Positions 27,254 to 39,352 of a stretch of DNA of 64,000 nucleotides are shown piece after piece (the first letter of the stretch is position 1; the number at the start of each line of letters is the position of its first letter). Source of the DNA: Paraphysomonas bandaiensis (Eukaryota; Protista; Chrysophyceae); NCBI GenBank assembly GCA_965644295.1, contig CBFFRP010000352.1:310001-374000 (forward strand), in the 5' to 3' direction. Both the position numbers and the translations under genes were made by a program. Under the pieces are notes generated by a model. That model did not search any database and was not told where the DNA came from. It saw nothing but the letters and a program-made list of their open reading frames with translations.

Positions 27254-29355
27254 ATGTCGAGAATGGCTACCCGAATGTGCAGCAGGGTAGGTGTGTGTAG
27301 ATGTGGTTAAAATGGATGTGTATTTATATGTACAGCACAGTGTGCAGAGAATGTGTGTATGTGTGTATATGCATGTGTATGGTGTGTGTGGCAGCAGCTC
27401 ATATATCCACAGGGTCTGCGAAGATTGAATACAGCCTCTGCTTCAGCTATGCGCGCGCCATCACTACAGCATCTTTACACTGTGCCCCCCACAGATATTA
27501 CCACAGTTACTGGTGGTATGAGAGTGGCCTCACAGGTGATACACAGCCACCCCTTATCTGACTGGTTTAATATTATACTTCTTGCGAAGACGATTGCTGG
27601 TGAGACTGCAACAGTTGGCGTGTGGATTGATACTGGAAGTCGATACGAAACCGCAAAAAACAATGGTGTTGCCCACTTTCTGGAACACATGAGTTTCAAG
27701 GGAACTCCCTCTAGAACACAGCATCGATTAGAAGAAGAGATTGAGAACATGGGGGCGCATTTGAATGCATATACATCACGTGAACACACAGTGTATTTCG
27801 CTAAAGTTTTTAAGAATGATGTGCCCAAGGCAATGGAGATTCTATCTGATATTTTACAGCACTCTATCATGGACGAGAAGGCTATTGAAAGGGAAAGAGA
27901 TGTTATTCTAAGAGAAATGGTCGAGGTCAACAAGGTAGTGTTAGACATTTTACTTATTTTTGCTCATACTGAATAATACCTTGTACAATGTATTGATTGT
28001 ATGCGTCGCTGCACAGATCTATGAGGAGAGAATCCTTGATAATCTCCACGAGACCGCATTTATGGGTACAAGTAAGTTATTGTTGTACTCTTCGTTGTAG
28101 ATGTGGATACAGTTTACTGCGGCTTCTATGTATCTGCTATTTGTTATTGATGATGTAGCACAAGTCGCAATTAAATTTGTATGCTCCCCTAACTATTGTT
28201 TTGTAGGTCTTGGCCACACTATCTTGGGACCTGAAGAGAATATTCGCTCTATCTCCCGCAATGATTTGGTTGACTATGTACAGACAAATTACACTACCGA
28301 TCGCTTTGTGATCGCCGGGGCCGGAGCAGTTGATCACAATGAGCTTGTTGAACTGACCCAGAAGTATTTCGGAAGCCTTCCTACGACTCCGAAGGGCGGC
28401 AAAAAGATCGAGATGCAACCCGCCGTGTTTACAGGATCTGACAAACTTATCCGATATGACTCCATGCAGGTGAACTGAGTGCATAGTGTGGGAGGAGAAT
28501 ACATCAATGCTAGTGTAGTGGTCATAAATCAAGTATTGAATGTAGTTAATGACCACCTATTTGATAGGAAGCTCATGTCGCACTTGCATTCGAGGGCGTC
28601 CCATGGACCTCTGAGTTTGCCTTTCCTATGATGGTCATTCAAACCATTTTAGGTCAATGGGACAGAAGTAATCCTGCAGGTGCCAATGCTGCTTCTAGGT
28701 GAGTGATATCGTTATATCATCCTGTTATGCACTACTGTGAAACATGTGTACAGGCTTCTGCGTATACATTCGTGGCTTATGTAAACGTTGTGTAGGCTAG
28801 CCCGGGAATTGTGTGAAAATGAAGCAGCTCACTCATACATGACATTCAATACTAGTTACAAGGTAGTCTTGGGCAGCTATGAATACATACAATAAAACTT
28901 TTGTTTTGTGGCTGTATTTATTTGTCGTGTAAGGTAAAGCTAACGTTTTGTGCCCTCAGGACACAGGTCTCTTTGGAGTGTATCTAACTGCAGAGGACAA
29001 GAAGCTGGAGGAGGCTATGTACCATGTCACATCTAACCTTACTCGTATTTGCCACGAGGTCACAGACGAAGAGGTTGTCCGCGCGAAGAATCAACTCAAA
29101 GCGAATGTCCTAATGCAGATGGACAACTTTTCATCAGTGTGTGAGGATATCGGCCGACAATTATTAACGTACGGACGCCGCATGTCTACTGCCGAGACTT
29201 CCGCAAGAATTGACGCAATTACCACCGATGATGTCAGAGTAACTGCAAACAAATTCTTTAATGACGAAGACCATGCACTTGCAGCAATCGGGCCTATATT
29301 TGAGCTTCCTGATTACAATTGGATCAGGCGTAGATCTTACTGGAATAGATACTAG
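27254..29355 (+). CDS. PMPCB: Mitochondrial processing peptidase beta subunit
   Basis: Arg/Ser-rich presequence, GSRYE..NNGVAHFLEHM (HxxEH), LNAYTSRE, EDIGRQ, LPDYNWIRRRSYW. Confidence 0.96.
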
Positions 29356-29764
29356 GCAGACAAAAATCTTATAGTTACAGTCGTAGTTGTGTTCGGTGAT
29401 GTGGCATAGTTTTTGTACTGAGAAAAAAGCGATAACTGTTCGCAATGAATTGATCTGCATTTCAAGCGTAATAATACGCAATGTATTACTTTTTTTGTAT
29501 ACTGTAGCTAGTCGTTAACACTCCTGACTAATTATATTATACTGCGGAAAAAGTGAAGAAACTCAGTACCAAATCAATCGAGTATATATATCTAGGTACG
29601 ATATAATTATAATTAACCACGAGTTGTAACGAGGCCAAATTAACCGAGCTTAAAAATTATAACACACAAGGGCAAAAATCCCGAGTTTTAAAATTCAGGC
29701 AAGTAGTGAATATGTCTGATTTTTAGCAATAGACGTATAAAAGTCAGAAATAATATAGCAAAAC

Positions 29765-30013
29765 AATTTAACTAACTATTACTTAACTTTGATATTTTAT
29801 TACTTAAGGCTTGCGTGTCACTGCAAGCACCTAGGTGCAACCACTTTCTCTCCATCACTGCAATCAAACACAAATAACATGCTAAATATAAGTGGGCAGA
29901 AAAATATCATCTGCCTATGTTTGCGGTTCACGCTAGTTTTCCGAAGAAATATCTCCGGCACTTATCCCCCAGAACACCGGAAAAATAGGTGCGAGTCCGA
30001 CTTTGTTGAAGGA
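29765..30013 (+). repeat. Internally deleted copy of the ~500-bp dispersed repeat
   Basis: Matches both ends of the reverse complement of 30914-31417 but lacks its ~240-bp middle. Confidence 0.8.
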
Positions 30014-30913
30014 AATACAGGCAAAAGGGACGATGCTCCGTATTAATATATATGTTGAATTGTAGCTAATCCTCATAATGTTGAAGAACTTTTATTTAAA
30101 AATAAATAGCTATATGTAGCTTGCATGCTGTTAAATATACACTAAGAAAACAAATGAAAAAGCAAAGTATTGTTCAATCAGTGCTAGCTTCATAAGGGAA
30201 TGGCAATTGGACTAGATTAACCCGAATCAATTTCCCCCAGAATTTCAATAATAACTATATATATCAACAAATAATAATGTACCCCTACCACAGAAGATAC
30301 TAATCGTTGTATGTAAATGTGATGATGAATGTAAAATATTGTAGTTGATTGACAATTTGTCAATATGGCATCATCATCACAGTTATGGACAACTAAGTTC
30401 AATATGGGAAATTCAAGTGCAGCTGTCTGGAATATTGAGTGTATGTTCATGTGTGTATATGTTTTGACAAGCATAATCCTGCTGTTAAGGCTAGGTGCCA
30501 GCTCCTCCTTCAGCATCAGATGTGGCAGAATGTGAACTCTCCAGTTATTGCTGAAATATAGTTGCGAAGTCCTACTAGTTACAACGATAGGCCATTTGCA
30601 CTAAAATCATTCTGATCTTCTACATCAGAAGAAGAAAGAAATATATCTTGGAGTATTTTGGATATACAGTAGTCTGGGTTTTGAAAGTTGAGTTATCATC
30701 ATTGTGACTTTTACCTAAAATTGTTAGTAAAATGAATGTCATAATTAGGATAGAGGAGAGTTTTTGTTTGAACGGGCTATTGAAGTTGAATATCAATAAT
30801 TGCCCGGTGCTAATACAAGCGCCCCTTTGAAAAACACTATTTTTGAAACAAAATGGGGATAGGTACATGTGTATGTGAAGTATTCAAAACATTGAACACA
30901 CTACATTTATTTG

Positions 30914-31417
30914 TCCTTCAACTAAGTCGGACTCGCACCTTTTCGTGGTGTTCTGGGGGATAAGTACCGGAAGTATTTCTCCGAGAAACTAACGCGAGTC
31001 GCAAACATAGGCAGCTGATATTTTTCTTCCCGCTTATATTTAGCTAATGTTTGTGTGGGCAAGGGACACTAATGTAAGTTACACTTGTGTATAGACGTCT
31101 TCTTTAAACCCTGATGAATAAACAGACATCCAGGAGTGGGCCCACCTCAAGGGCATCCAGGGTACTGGGCCCACCTGAAGGGTAACCGGGGTATTGGGCT
31201 GCTTGCTGATATCAAGTATCCGGAATGTTAACCTTAAGGACTCGAAAGTCCTGAAGTCATCACAGATGCCAGGTATATCACCATTCTGCTTGCTCACTGC
31301 GTTTGTTTTGAGTGATAGAGCGGGGGTGGTTGCACCTTGGTGCTTGCGGTGACGCACAAGCAGCTTTCATATCGTTAAATAGTAGGATATTAGAGTTAAG
31401 CGCTAGGTAGTTAAATT
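30914..31417 (-). repeat. Longest copy of an unclassified ~500-bp dispersed repeat, inverted relative to 29765-30013
   Basis: Shared blocks CTGCCTATGTTTGCG, CTTATCCCCCAGAACACC, GGTGCGAGTCCGACTT; internal direct repeat CATCCAGG..TGGGCCCACCT..AAGGG. Confidence 0.8.
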
Positions 31418-31925
31418 AAAATTCTAAATTCTAAATGCTAATATGCTAATAAGAAGAGTTTCATTACTTTTATTTGTGTAGTTATTTGCTAAATTCACGC
31501 CCACACTGAACACATAAATCGTTACGTAGTTTCAAGGTTACATATTAATTCTCCACTGTACTGCATACAATACGTTCGATTCTCTGATTTCACTACACCA
31601 CAACTTGTGCATTTTAACAGAACTCAACTTATAAAACAGCGCTTGTGTTGCATTTTTAGAAGGGCTCTCCCGCTGAATTCAATGTATAAATATACTACAT
31701 AATACATGTTCAACTTGTAATGCTTCTGAGTATACGATGTCATTAATTTGTTATCGAGTGGCAAGTTAATGAGCTCTTTACCAATAATACAAAGCATTCC
31801 CACGACCATAAACAATAATGTTAGTTGATATAAGCTGAAAATATAATACAGATATCGACATTGTACAGTAATGTGCTAAACTATAGTTACGTAAGTGTGT
31901 CAGTTCTATTGCTCAGAAATCTGTC

Positions 31926-34049
31926 CTATAGGTTGAATTCATCTATTTCATCTTCATCATATTTCTTCCCTTGTTGCATGGTGACCGCATATCGAGGAAC
32001 TTTAGGTTCTCTCCGACTTTTGAGAATTTTTCGAGGAAGTTTCTTCGAGAGCTTCCATATTAATATAGTTCCGATTGCAATAACATACCACACAAAAGAA
32101 TAGTCAAAAGGCCATGTCAAGCCACTAGACGCTGTCCATGCGAAAAGGGCACTACCACTGGCAGGACCGATCAATCTACCTATTGAAGCCATTGTTTGGC
32201 CAATACCATTTACCTTGGCACGCTCGTGGCTATAGCAAGAATTGTTTATCAGCACAAATACGCACACAAAGCTCCATCCAATAGCCATACTCATTACTGT
32301 ATAACTGAATGTCACAAGTACCCATTGCAAATTTGGCAACTCATCAACATGACCAAAAGTGATAAATGGGGAAAAGAGAGCCATCACACCATATATAACA
32401 ACGCCAAACCTAAATACTTTCAGTGCCCCGTACTGCTGTACTATAACGGGGTACAAAACTACTTGAGATAGAACACACACGGGTCCCGACACCATGATTG
32501 TGATTCCGATTTCGTGAGACTTAAACCCGAAACCGCCCTCTTCACTAGGAACCACTAGCCACAGGGGAAATATCTCCACCATAACAACATGAACTAAAGC
32601 CAGAAGGCCATAGAGAAGAGTGCTGATGAAAACCATTTTGTTACGCATAATTTGCCGTAGTGATCCCCACGAAGAAAGATGTTGTTCTTCCCATCCGTCC
32701 TCTAGTAATTCAGAGCCGTTACTAAAGCGTTCTGAGGACTTTGCCATGAGATCCTCTGCGGCGTCATATGGCTTCTCAGATTCAATTCGAGAGGTTCTAC
32801 CTTGGGTAATAGGAAGGGCGCGGTCCTCTTCAGTCACACGCTTCAGTCTTCCATATTCTAAATCACTCGTCTCAATAATTTTCATTTGTACTGTGCCATT
32901 GAAAGATACTCCTTTCTTCTTTCTTTGGTTTTTTGCGGCCTTATCATCTGCGGGGTCACATGGATTGCGTGGAGGTTCTAATGTATCTACAGCGACAGCG
33001 TGGTGTGCTCCTGTCTGACTTCCCTCCTCTTCGTCTCGTAGTAATGTATGAGTGAGTTCGCTTTCACTCTCCTGTCTAATTAGCTCGTTATCGCTGGTGC
33101 GCACATGCATGTATCCAGCAGGACTGGAGACTGCAGCAGACATGCGATGAAACAAAGAAGGCTTTTGTAAATTCTGTGCTGCACTATCATTCCCAACAGG
33201 ATGTAAATGCGGAGAAGTAAGTTCAACTGATTTATTTTCCATATTCAAATCCAAGCCGTGAGTCTTCTCGTCCAAACTGCCTGTGGACGAGTCCATCCTT
33301 CCATCATCATCACCATCGTCATCATCCACATCATCAGTAGAATTAGTGCCAAGTTTCATGTACACACTCCGTCCCTGACCAGATCCACGAACTACTTTCT
33401 CCTTCACCTGAAGAGTTTCTGTCAGCTCGAAGTACGCCACGCCCAGTACTACCACACAAAACACGACAATGACAACACACGGCAGAGCGAACGGGTACTC
33501 TGCAAACACTGTACCCTGGAATATATCGTATCGATTTGCTGGTTGAGATAGAAAACCTCCTATTATTGGGCCAAAGGTTCGACCAAGTCCGCCTATAGTA
33601 CCAAACATAGCCATACCTTTACAAGAGTTCGAGTCGTCATGTATTTCTGCCATATATGTCTTTCCAACACCAACATTACCATTCAGAAGGCCCCACAAAA
33701 ACCGGGCAAATACAGCTACCCAAAAACTAGGTGCAAACCCAAAAAGAGCCGCAGATAAAGCTGTACCTAAGAGTCCCAGTAAGAGTACTGGTCGCCTCCC
33801 AAAACGATCAGCAGCCACTCCCCATATTAAATTCCCCACCATACTACCCAAACTAAAAGCCGATCCTAATACACCAGCCATGTAACCAACCTCTACTTCA
33901 TGAATATTCGGATAGAAATGAATCACCATAAAGGGGATGAACGCAAAGATCACCCATATGCTAGCGTTGTTAGCGAATAATAAGAGTCCGAGGACACATA
34001 TCTTGCGCACTGGTAGAGGAGTCTGTGTGTCAGTGTCAGAGATATGCAT
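31926..34049 (-). CDS. MFS transporter (ZIF1/ZIFL-like, DHA1 type) with a very long acidic central loop; apparently intronless
   Basis: WGVAADRFGRRPVLL, RFLWGLLNGNVG, GPIIGGFL, YPFALPC, KVNGIGQT; 6+6 TM pattern. Confidence 0.92.
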   Translation of the reverse strand: MHISDTDTQTPLPVRKICVLGLLLFANNASIWVIFAFIPFMVIHFYPNIHEVEVGYMAGVLGSAFSLGSMVGNLIWGVAADRFGRRPVLLLGLLGTALSAALFGFAPSFWVAVFARFLWGLLNGNVGVGKTYMAEIHDDSNSCKGMAMFGTIGGLGRTFGPIIGGFLSQPANRYDIFQGTVFAEYPFALPCVVIVVFCVVVLGVAYFELTETLQVKEKVVRGSGQGRSVYMKLGTNSTDDVDDDDGDDDGRMDSSTGSLDEKTHGLDLNMENKSVELTSPHLHPVGNDSAAQNLQKPSLFHRMSAAVSSPAGYMHVRTSDNELIRQESESELTHTLLRDEEEGSQTGAHHAVAVDTLEPPRNPCDPADDKAAKNQRKKKGVSFNGTVQMKIIETSDLEYGRLKRVTEEDRALPITQGRTSRIESEKPYDAAEDLMAKSSERFSNGSELLEDGWEEQHLSSWGSLRQIMRNKMVFISTLLYGLLALVHVVMVEIFPLWLVVPSEEGGFGFKSHEIGITIMVSGPVCVLSQVVLYPVIVQQYGALKVFRFGVVIYGVMALFSPFITFGHVDELPNLQWVLVTFSYTVMSMAIGWSFVCVFVLINNSCYSHERAKVNGIGQTMASIGRLIGPASGSALFAWTASSGLTWPFDYSFVWYVIAIGTILIWKLSKKLPRKILKSRREPKVPRYAVTMQQGKKYDEDEIDEFNL

Positions 34050-34495
34050 GACTATGAGGGGATATAAATACAATGACTATGCTATGATTGCACAGGCAAC
34101 GTGCATTCCAGGGTCTGGTATGACTGCCCGCTCATATGGACTGGACATATGAGAGCTACACACTGTGCGGTATACGCTCTAGGACTAGACGACTATACGT
34201 ATACCAGGTACTGTATATGCAGCATACACTGCTACACAGTCACATGTGCCTGGCTCGCTCCTAATTTTTGTGTAGCTCTACAGAGCGTGAATACCACAAT
34301 CAGTAATACTGTATTCCGAATGCAGTATACAGACTACAACACCGTGTAGTGGTGCTGCTGCTGTACGCCTATCCGTATAGACCTGTATGTTTATGTATTT
34401 TCATGGGCATAAGGAATGTGCTGTTACTATATGAATATACAGTGCAGCAGAGCAGAGTGGTGGAGGTGGTGCATTATTCTCACCCATTAGCTGCT

Positions 34496-36067
34496 ATGAG
34501 TAAACTATCGACCAATGAAGTATCAAATGAGCCATGTGATGATATTGCGCATGCAGAGGAGTGTGCAGAGGAGACCGATAATCCATCCAATCAGGACCTC
34601 GTATCTAAGTCCACTCTCATAGCTCTGTCTATTGCTTATCTCTCTGTCTTCATTGATATTCTCGGAGTGTCAATTATTTTACCGATTATTCCGTTTCTAG
34701 CCATTAAGTTTGATGCGGGATCCCAGGAAATAGGATATATATACGCCGGCTATGCTGGGGCTCAGATGATATCTGTGCCCCTCAGTGGTACGCTTTCGGA
34801 TAGATTTGGCAGACGTCCGTTGATGCTGATATCTCTCTTCGGGTCGTTTGCTGGGTTTTTGTTTCAAGGCCTTGCTTGGAACATTATGTCCTTCATATTG
34901 GCCAGAGTTGTTGCAGGTGCTTTTGGTGGATCAATTCCGCTGTGTCAGTCCTATATTGCAGACGTAATCCCACTGCAGAGTAGAGGGCGGTACTTTGCGA
35001 TATTAGGTAGTGTCATAGTCACTGCATTTTTATTTGGACCGGGAATCGGTGCCGGCTTGGCTCAGTTTACTTTACAGACCCCTATGCTTGTGTCAGCTGC
35101 TGTGGCTTTTTGTGGATGGGTTATCGCTTATTTCTTCTTTACGGAGCCCGATAAACTTGGACCTGTATCACCAGCTGAGGTCAATGGTGATGATACACCT
35201 CGCCACGAAAAGATTGTAGCCGACAACGATGCAGAAGAGGATGGCGACTGCATTCTCACTGAAGTGACTGACAAGTACGATTCTCGTGTGTACCAGTGGT
35301 TGATTCGGCTCCTCTGGCTTGCAAGCTTCTTCCAGATGATGGCATTTAGCTCAATCTTATATTTTTTTGGACTCTTTACGTATGATCAGTTCGGATGGGA
35401 AGCACTGGAGGTAGGGTTCAGCACAATGCTCATGGGCATATTCCAAGTAGTCATACAAATTCTCCTCTTTCCGAAGATACAGAAAAAGTTAGGAAAACAT
35501 GGGTGTGGCATGCTGGGATGCTTGTCTGGGTGCATTGGTATGCTCTTACTTGGTTTTGTGAATGGGGATGCGAGAGAGTTCACAGGTGTACCACTTTTGG
35601 TCATCGCTGTGGCAATCTCAACTTTTGGAAATGCATGCGTAGTGCCGTCGCTATCAGCTGTGCTTTCTCGCTACGCATCTCAAACACGACAAGGAAGAAC
35701 TCTTGGGGTTGCCCAATCCGCAGAGGCATTGGCACGTACAGTTGGACCCCTGCTCTGGGGCGGTGTTTATGAGACCTCTCGGCATTTGCCGTACCGAATC
35801 TCCACCGTGTGTTATGTAATGGCGGGATTTATGTTTTTTGTGGTTCTATATAACAACCTTCGTTTACCTGAACACCAGAAGCTCAGTAGTGATGAGGAAG
35901 AACGAGGCCACATTAAAGACACGCTTGGTTTAGAGGATAGTATGAGCGTTGAGGAACAGTTGAAATTTCTCATTGAAGAGAACCGCCATCTGAAAGAAAG
36001 GATAAAAATATATGAAGATACATATGATGTTGATGCTTCCGGTGTTTTAGAAATACAGCGGATCTAA
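34496..36067 (+). CDS. MFS transporter (TetA/DHA1-like) with C-terminal coiled coil; apparently intronless
   Basis: D(I)LGVSIILP, GTLSDRFGRRP, RVVAGAFGG, GPGIGAGL, QGRTLG..LARTVGP. Confidence 0.92.
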   Translation: MSKLSTNEVSNEPCDDIAHAEECAEETDNPSNQDLVSKSTLIALSIAYLSVFIDILGVSIILPIIPFLAIKFDAGSQEIGYIYAGYAGAQMISVPLSGTLSDRFGRRPLMLISLFGSFAGFLFQGLAWNIMSFILARVVAGAFGGSIPLCQSYIADVIPLQSRGRYFAILGSVIVTAFLFGPGIGAGLAQFTLQTPMLVSAAVAFCGWVIAYFFFTEPDKLGPVSPAEVNGDDTPRHEKIVADNDAEEDGDCILTEVTDKYDSRVYQWLIRLLWLASFFQMMAFSSILYFFGLFTYDQFGWEALEVGFSTMLMGIFQVVIQILLFPKIQKKLGKHGCGMLGCLSGCIGMLLLGFVNGDAREFTGVPLLVIAVAISTFGNACVVPSLSAVLSRYASQTRQGRTLGVAQSAEALARTVGPLLWGGVYETSRHLPYRISTVCYVMAGFMFFVVLYNNLRLPEHQKLSSDEEERGHIKDTLGLEDSMSVEEQLKFLIEENRHLKERIKIYEDTYDVDASGVLEIQRI

Positions 36068-37512
36068 TGCAAAAGAAATTTTCCGGTTGGTGTTGATCAT
36101 TTAGTCAAGTATGCGGTGATATTAGTCATATATAGCAATCTAAGCATGTACCAGTGATTGATACTGAATAATTATTATTGTAAATTTCGCAATAAATTAT
36201 AATTACTACTTGCAAGCAAGTAAGTCCATTAACAGGGCCGCGTAACGATTAATTAGGGATGTTTATTTTCCATTATCACATCGTAACAATGAAGTGCTGC
36301 AAATACTTTAACAGCATTCGCTACCACTTACGATTCAGTCGTCATCGCACTCCGGAGTGTACGATTCGAGCATTAACACATAAACACGTATGGGCAATTA
36401 ATATTTATCGGTAGTTGTTCTGAAATTGACATGGGCATGGAAAAGCGAAACTGTAACGAGCATCAATATTCCCTTCGAAGAATGATAATTTACGAAGCAA
36501 AGCGTCAAGGTCTAAGAGCTAAGAGCTAAATAGCGTGGCTTGGTAATTGGATGTACATGGTCTGCAGTTCGTATAGTTCAAGTAGTATCGATCTACTAAA
36601 GTGTATATGAACACTGGAGCGGGGTGTAGCTTCTAATTTTGCAAGATACCATCGAAATTTAAGATAACAAGAATAAATTAGCACGTACTTTACATGCGTG
36701 AGATTAATCTCAGGTTAATCGACTTCATGTGACACGTATAAATAGCGTAATATAATAAGTATTATGCATTATTCACTCGGAGTAAAATATCGCTTATTAC
36801 ATGATTAAGATACTCTGGTTCTACAGCTCATACTTACGTCCACGGGAGAAGAGAAACAAAAAATAAGTGAAGTTGACTTGATTGAGTGAGTAGAATAAGA
36901 TGTCGTTATGTACTCAAAAGATATTACATGACAAACGAAAACCAATTGACTGCTTCAATATCAGATGTCTGACAGAGCTGTTATCGTTCAAGTGTTGTGG
37001 GAGCGCTCATCGCGTGAGTCTGACCATCCAATAGCGTGATAATAGTGTAGGTTTAGCATAAAGCTATTGTACGCAGGCATGATCATAGCGTCATCTGTAG
37101 CATATATTAGTCCCCCTGCTGCAATGGGATGTGACTACAGCAATGAGATATCGTGATATTGGAAGCAACTAGCTGGCCAGAACTACCATCATCATGATTC
37201 AAGGTGATGATACGGCACGATACACCATGCTTGGATACCGTATACATGCCGTAGACTGCCGAATACGCTCATGTATGGTGAGGTGTATACAATAGCAGTT
37301 GGTTACGTATTTTATCACCCTTCTGAAGTGTATGTATGCGGTATGTGTACAGCACTACCAGAGCACTGTACAGTACTGTACAGTGCACATACAGCAGTAC
37401 ATGAGTACAATGCACTGCAATTGACTGAACACAATCACAATGCAATAGACAGACAGAGAAGGAGCAGGTCCGTCTTGAAAATCCGATCAACCCCTGCCGA
37501 TAATTCATTGCG

Positions 37513-39168
37513 ATGTCATCCACTATTTTGGAACGAGCCCGCAGTTGTCATGAATTCGCTGAGCGGTTTGAACGCGCTATAGTCACCACTCTGGATGAGA
37601 AGCCTACAGGGGTGCGTCTCTTCATTCTCTTCAGATCTCTCTCTCATGTTTTATTCCTATAGCAAAAAGCGAAGACATGGCAGCAGCATAAGGTTAATAA
37701 TTATTTGAATGAACTCTGCAGCGCTGAGAAGGAGCTTATGGATATATATCAAGACAAGGACGGTATTATGAAGGAGGAGCTCGATTCAATGAAAGGCCCC
37801 AAAATGTTTAGTTCATTTTATGAAACTCTGAAAAATATGAATGAATACAATCAAAAATTTTCTGACAGAGCAGATGTTGAGAATTCGAACCCTGAAGATG
37901 CTATCCAAGTACGCTGTTGTTGTAAATTCACGGTCATTTTACTAACCATATGATAGGTCACAGTCCAATTTTCAGGAGAGGAGCTTTTCGGAAAATATCT
38001 TGACTTGCATTCGCACTATTTAATATTTTGCAATTTACCCCATATGTCAACGCGTGACCTTGATTATTTGCAGTATTTGGACAAGTTCAATAGTTTTTTC
38101 TATATTGCAGAAGAAAAAAAGACCAACAAGGCATACATTAATTATGTGTCTGGTCTGTGGGAGTACATATCAGATTTCTTTCGGCGCATTCAGCCACTAG
38201 TGGACCTAGATGAGATGGTGTCGGAGTGGGAGATAGAGTTTAAGTCATTGTGGAGTGCGGGGAAAGTTAAAGGTTGGGGACCTCCGCGAAAATCAGCGAA
38301 CGGGGCAGGACCACAGGCCCTTCGTCTTGGAATGTTCAACTCTCCTGAAGAGCTTGAAGCTCTTGGACTGGATCGACTTAAAGAAGGTCTTGAGGCTCTT
38401 GGGCTAAAGTGTGGGGGGACTTTGCAGGACAGGGCGCAACGGTTATGGAGTGTGAGGGGAAAGAAAGCAGAGGACATCCCTGAGAAGCTCAAGAAGAAGA
38501 CGAAAGGAAAAGAAACTGGAGCTCATACTAGTGGAGAGGATAGCAGGAAACAGGTACCATTTATTGCTTGAGTTGTGTACTTCTAATTCTGTTATCAGAC
38601 CGCCCTGCTAGAATTCAAGATCCAATCCATGTGCAATGTTATCTCGGACATCGTTACTGCCACCCGCCGCCATGCTGAAAAACAGCAGACTCGCACTCTT
38701 GAAGAAAAAATGGCTCTCGTCGAGGAAGAGGAGTACGGCACCCTGCCGGATGTTGAGGAAGTTGAGGACGACGAAGATGACGATGGCCCCTTGTATAACC
38801 CTCTTAACCTGCCCCTCGGCTGGGATGGAAAGCCGATTCCTTTTTGGTTGTATAAGCTACACGGATTGGGAGTAGAGTACAAGTGCGAAATATGTGGTAA
38901 CCAAAGTTATTGGGGTAGGAGAGCATTCGACCGTCACTTTCAAGAATGGCGTCATGCCCATGGAATGCGATGCTTGGGTGTACCGAATACCAAACATTTC
39001 CATGATATCACCCTTATCGAAGATGCTCTCGCGCTGTACAGTAAGATTAAAGACACTCTCCATAAGGAACAGTTCAATATGGATGCAGAGGAAGAGTTCG
39101 AGGACTCCGAAGGCAACGTGCTGAACAGACGAACGTACGAAGACTTGGCAAGACAAGGATTGTTGTAG
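37513..39168 (+). CDS. SF3A3: Splicing factor 3A subunit 3 (Prp9)
   Basis: [59 protein letters not shown] zinc finger, [11 protein letters not shown]. Confidence 0.97.
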
Positions 39169-39352
39169 TGTGTGATAGTTTTCTCATCTAGCAACGTATG
39201 AAATGAGCGATGTTCACCACCCATTGAAGTGCGGTTAGAATTTGATAATAATCACGTAGTGAACTTTAACTCTACCGAGGATACCATAGAGGTATTGTCA
39301 TTATTGGTAAATGGTGATAGAGGTGATACACCGTAGTACAACGACTAGGAGG

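Noticed and set aside
26867-27255. MYVC/HTYI repeat ORFs
   Set aside because: Translations of the (TACA)n microsatellite
27475-27948. Long antisense ORFs over conserved genes (also 32620-33018, 42706-43389, 63304-63663)
   Set aside because: Shadow or alternate-frame ORFs of real genes with no independent motifs
36233-36260. CAGGGCCGCGTAACGATT resembling the hAT end at 39353
   Set aside because: Single end only; no partner TIR or TSD found
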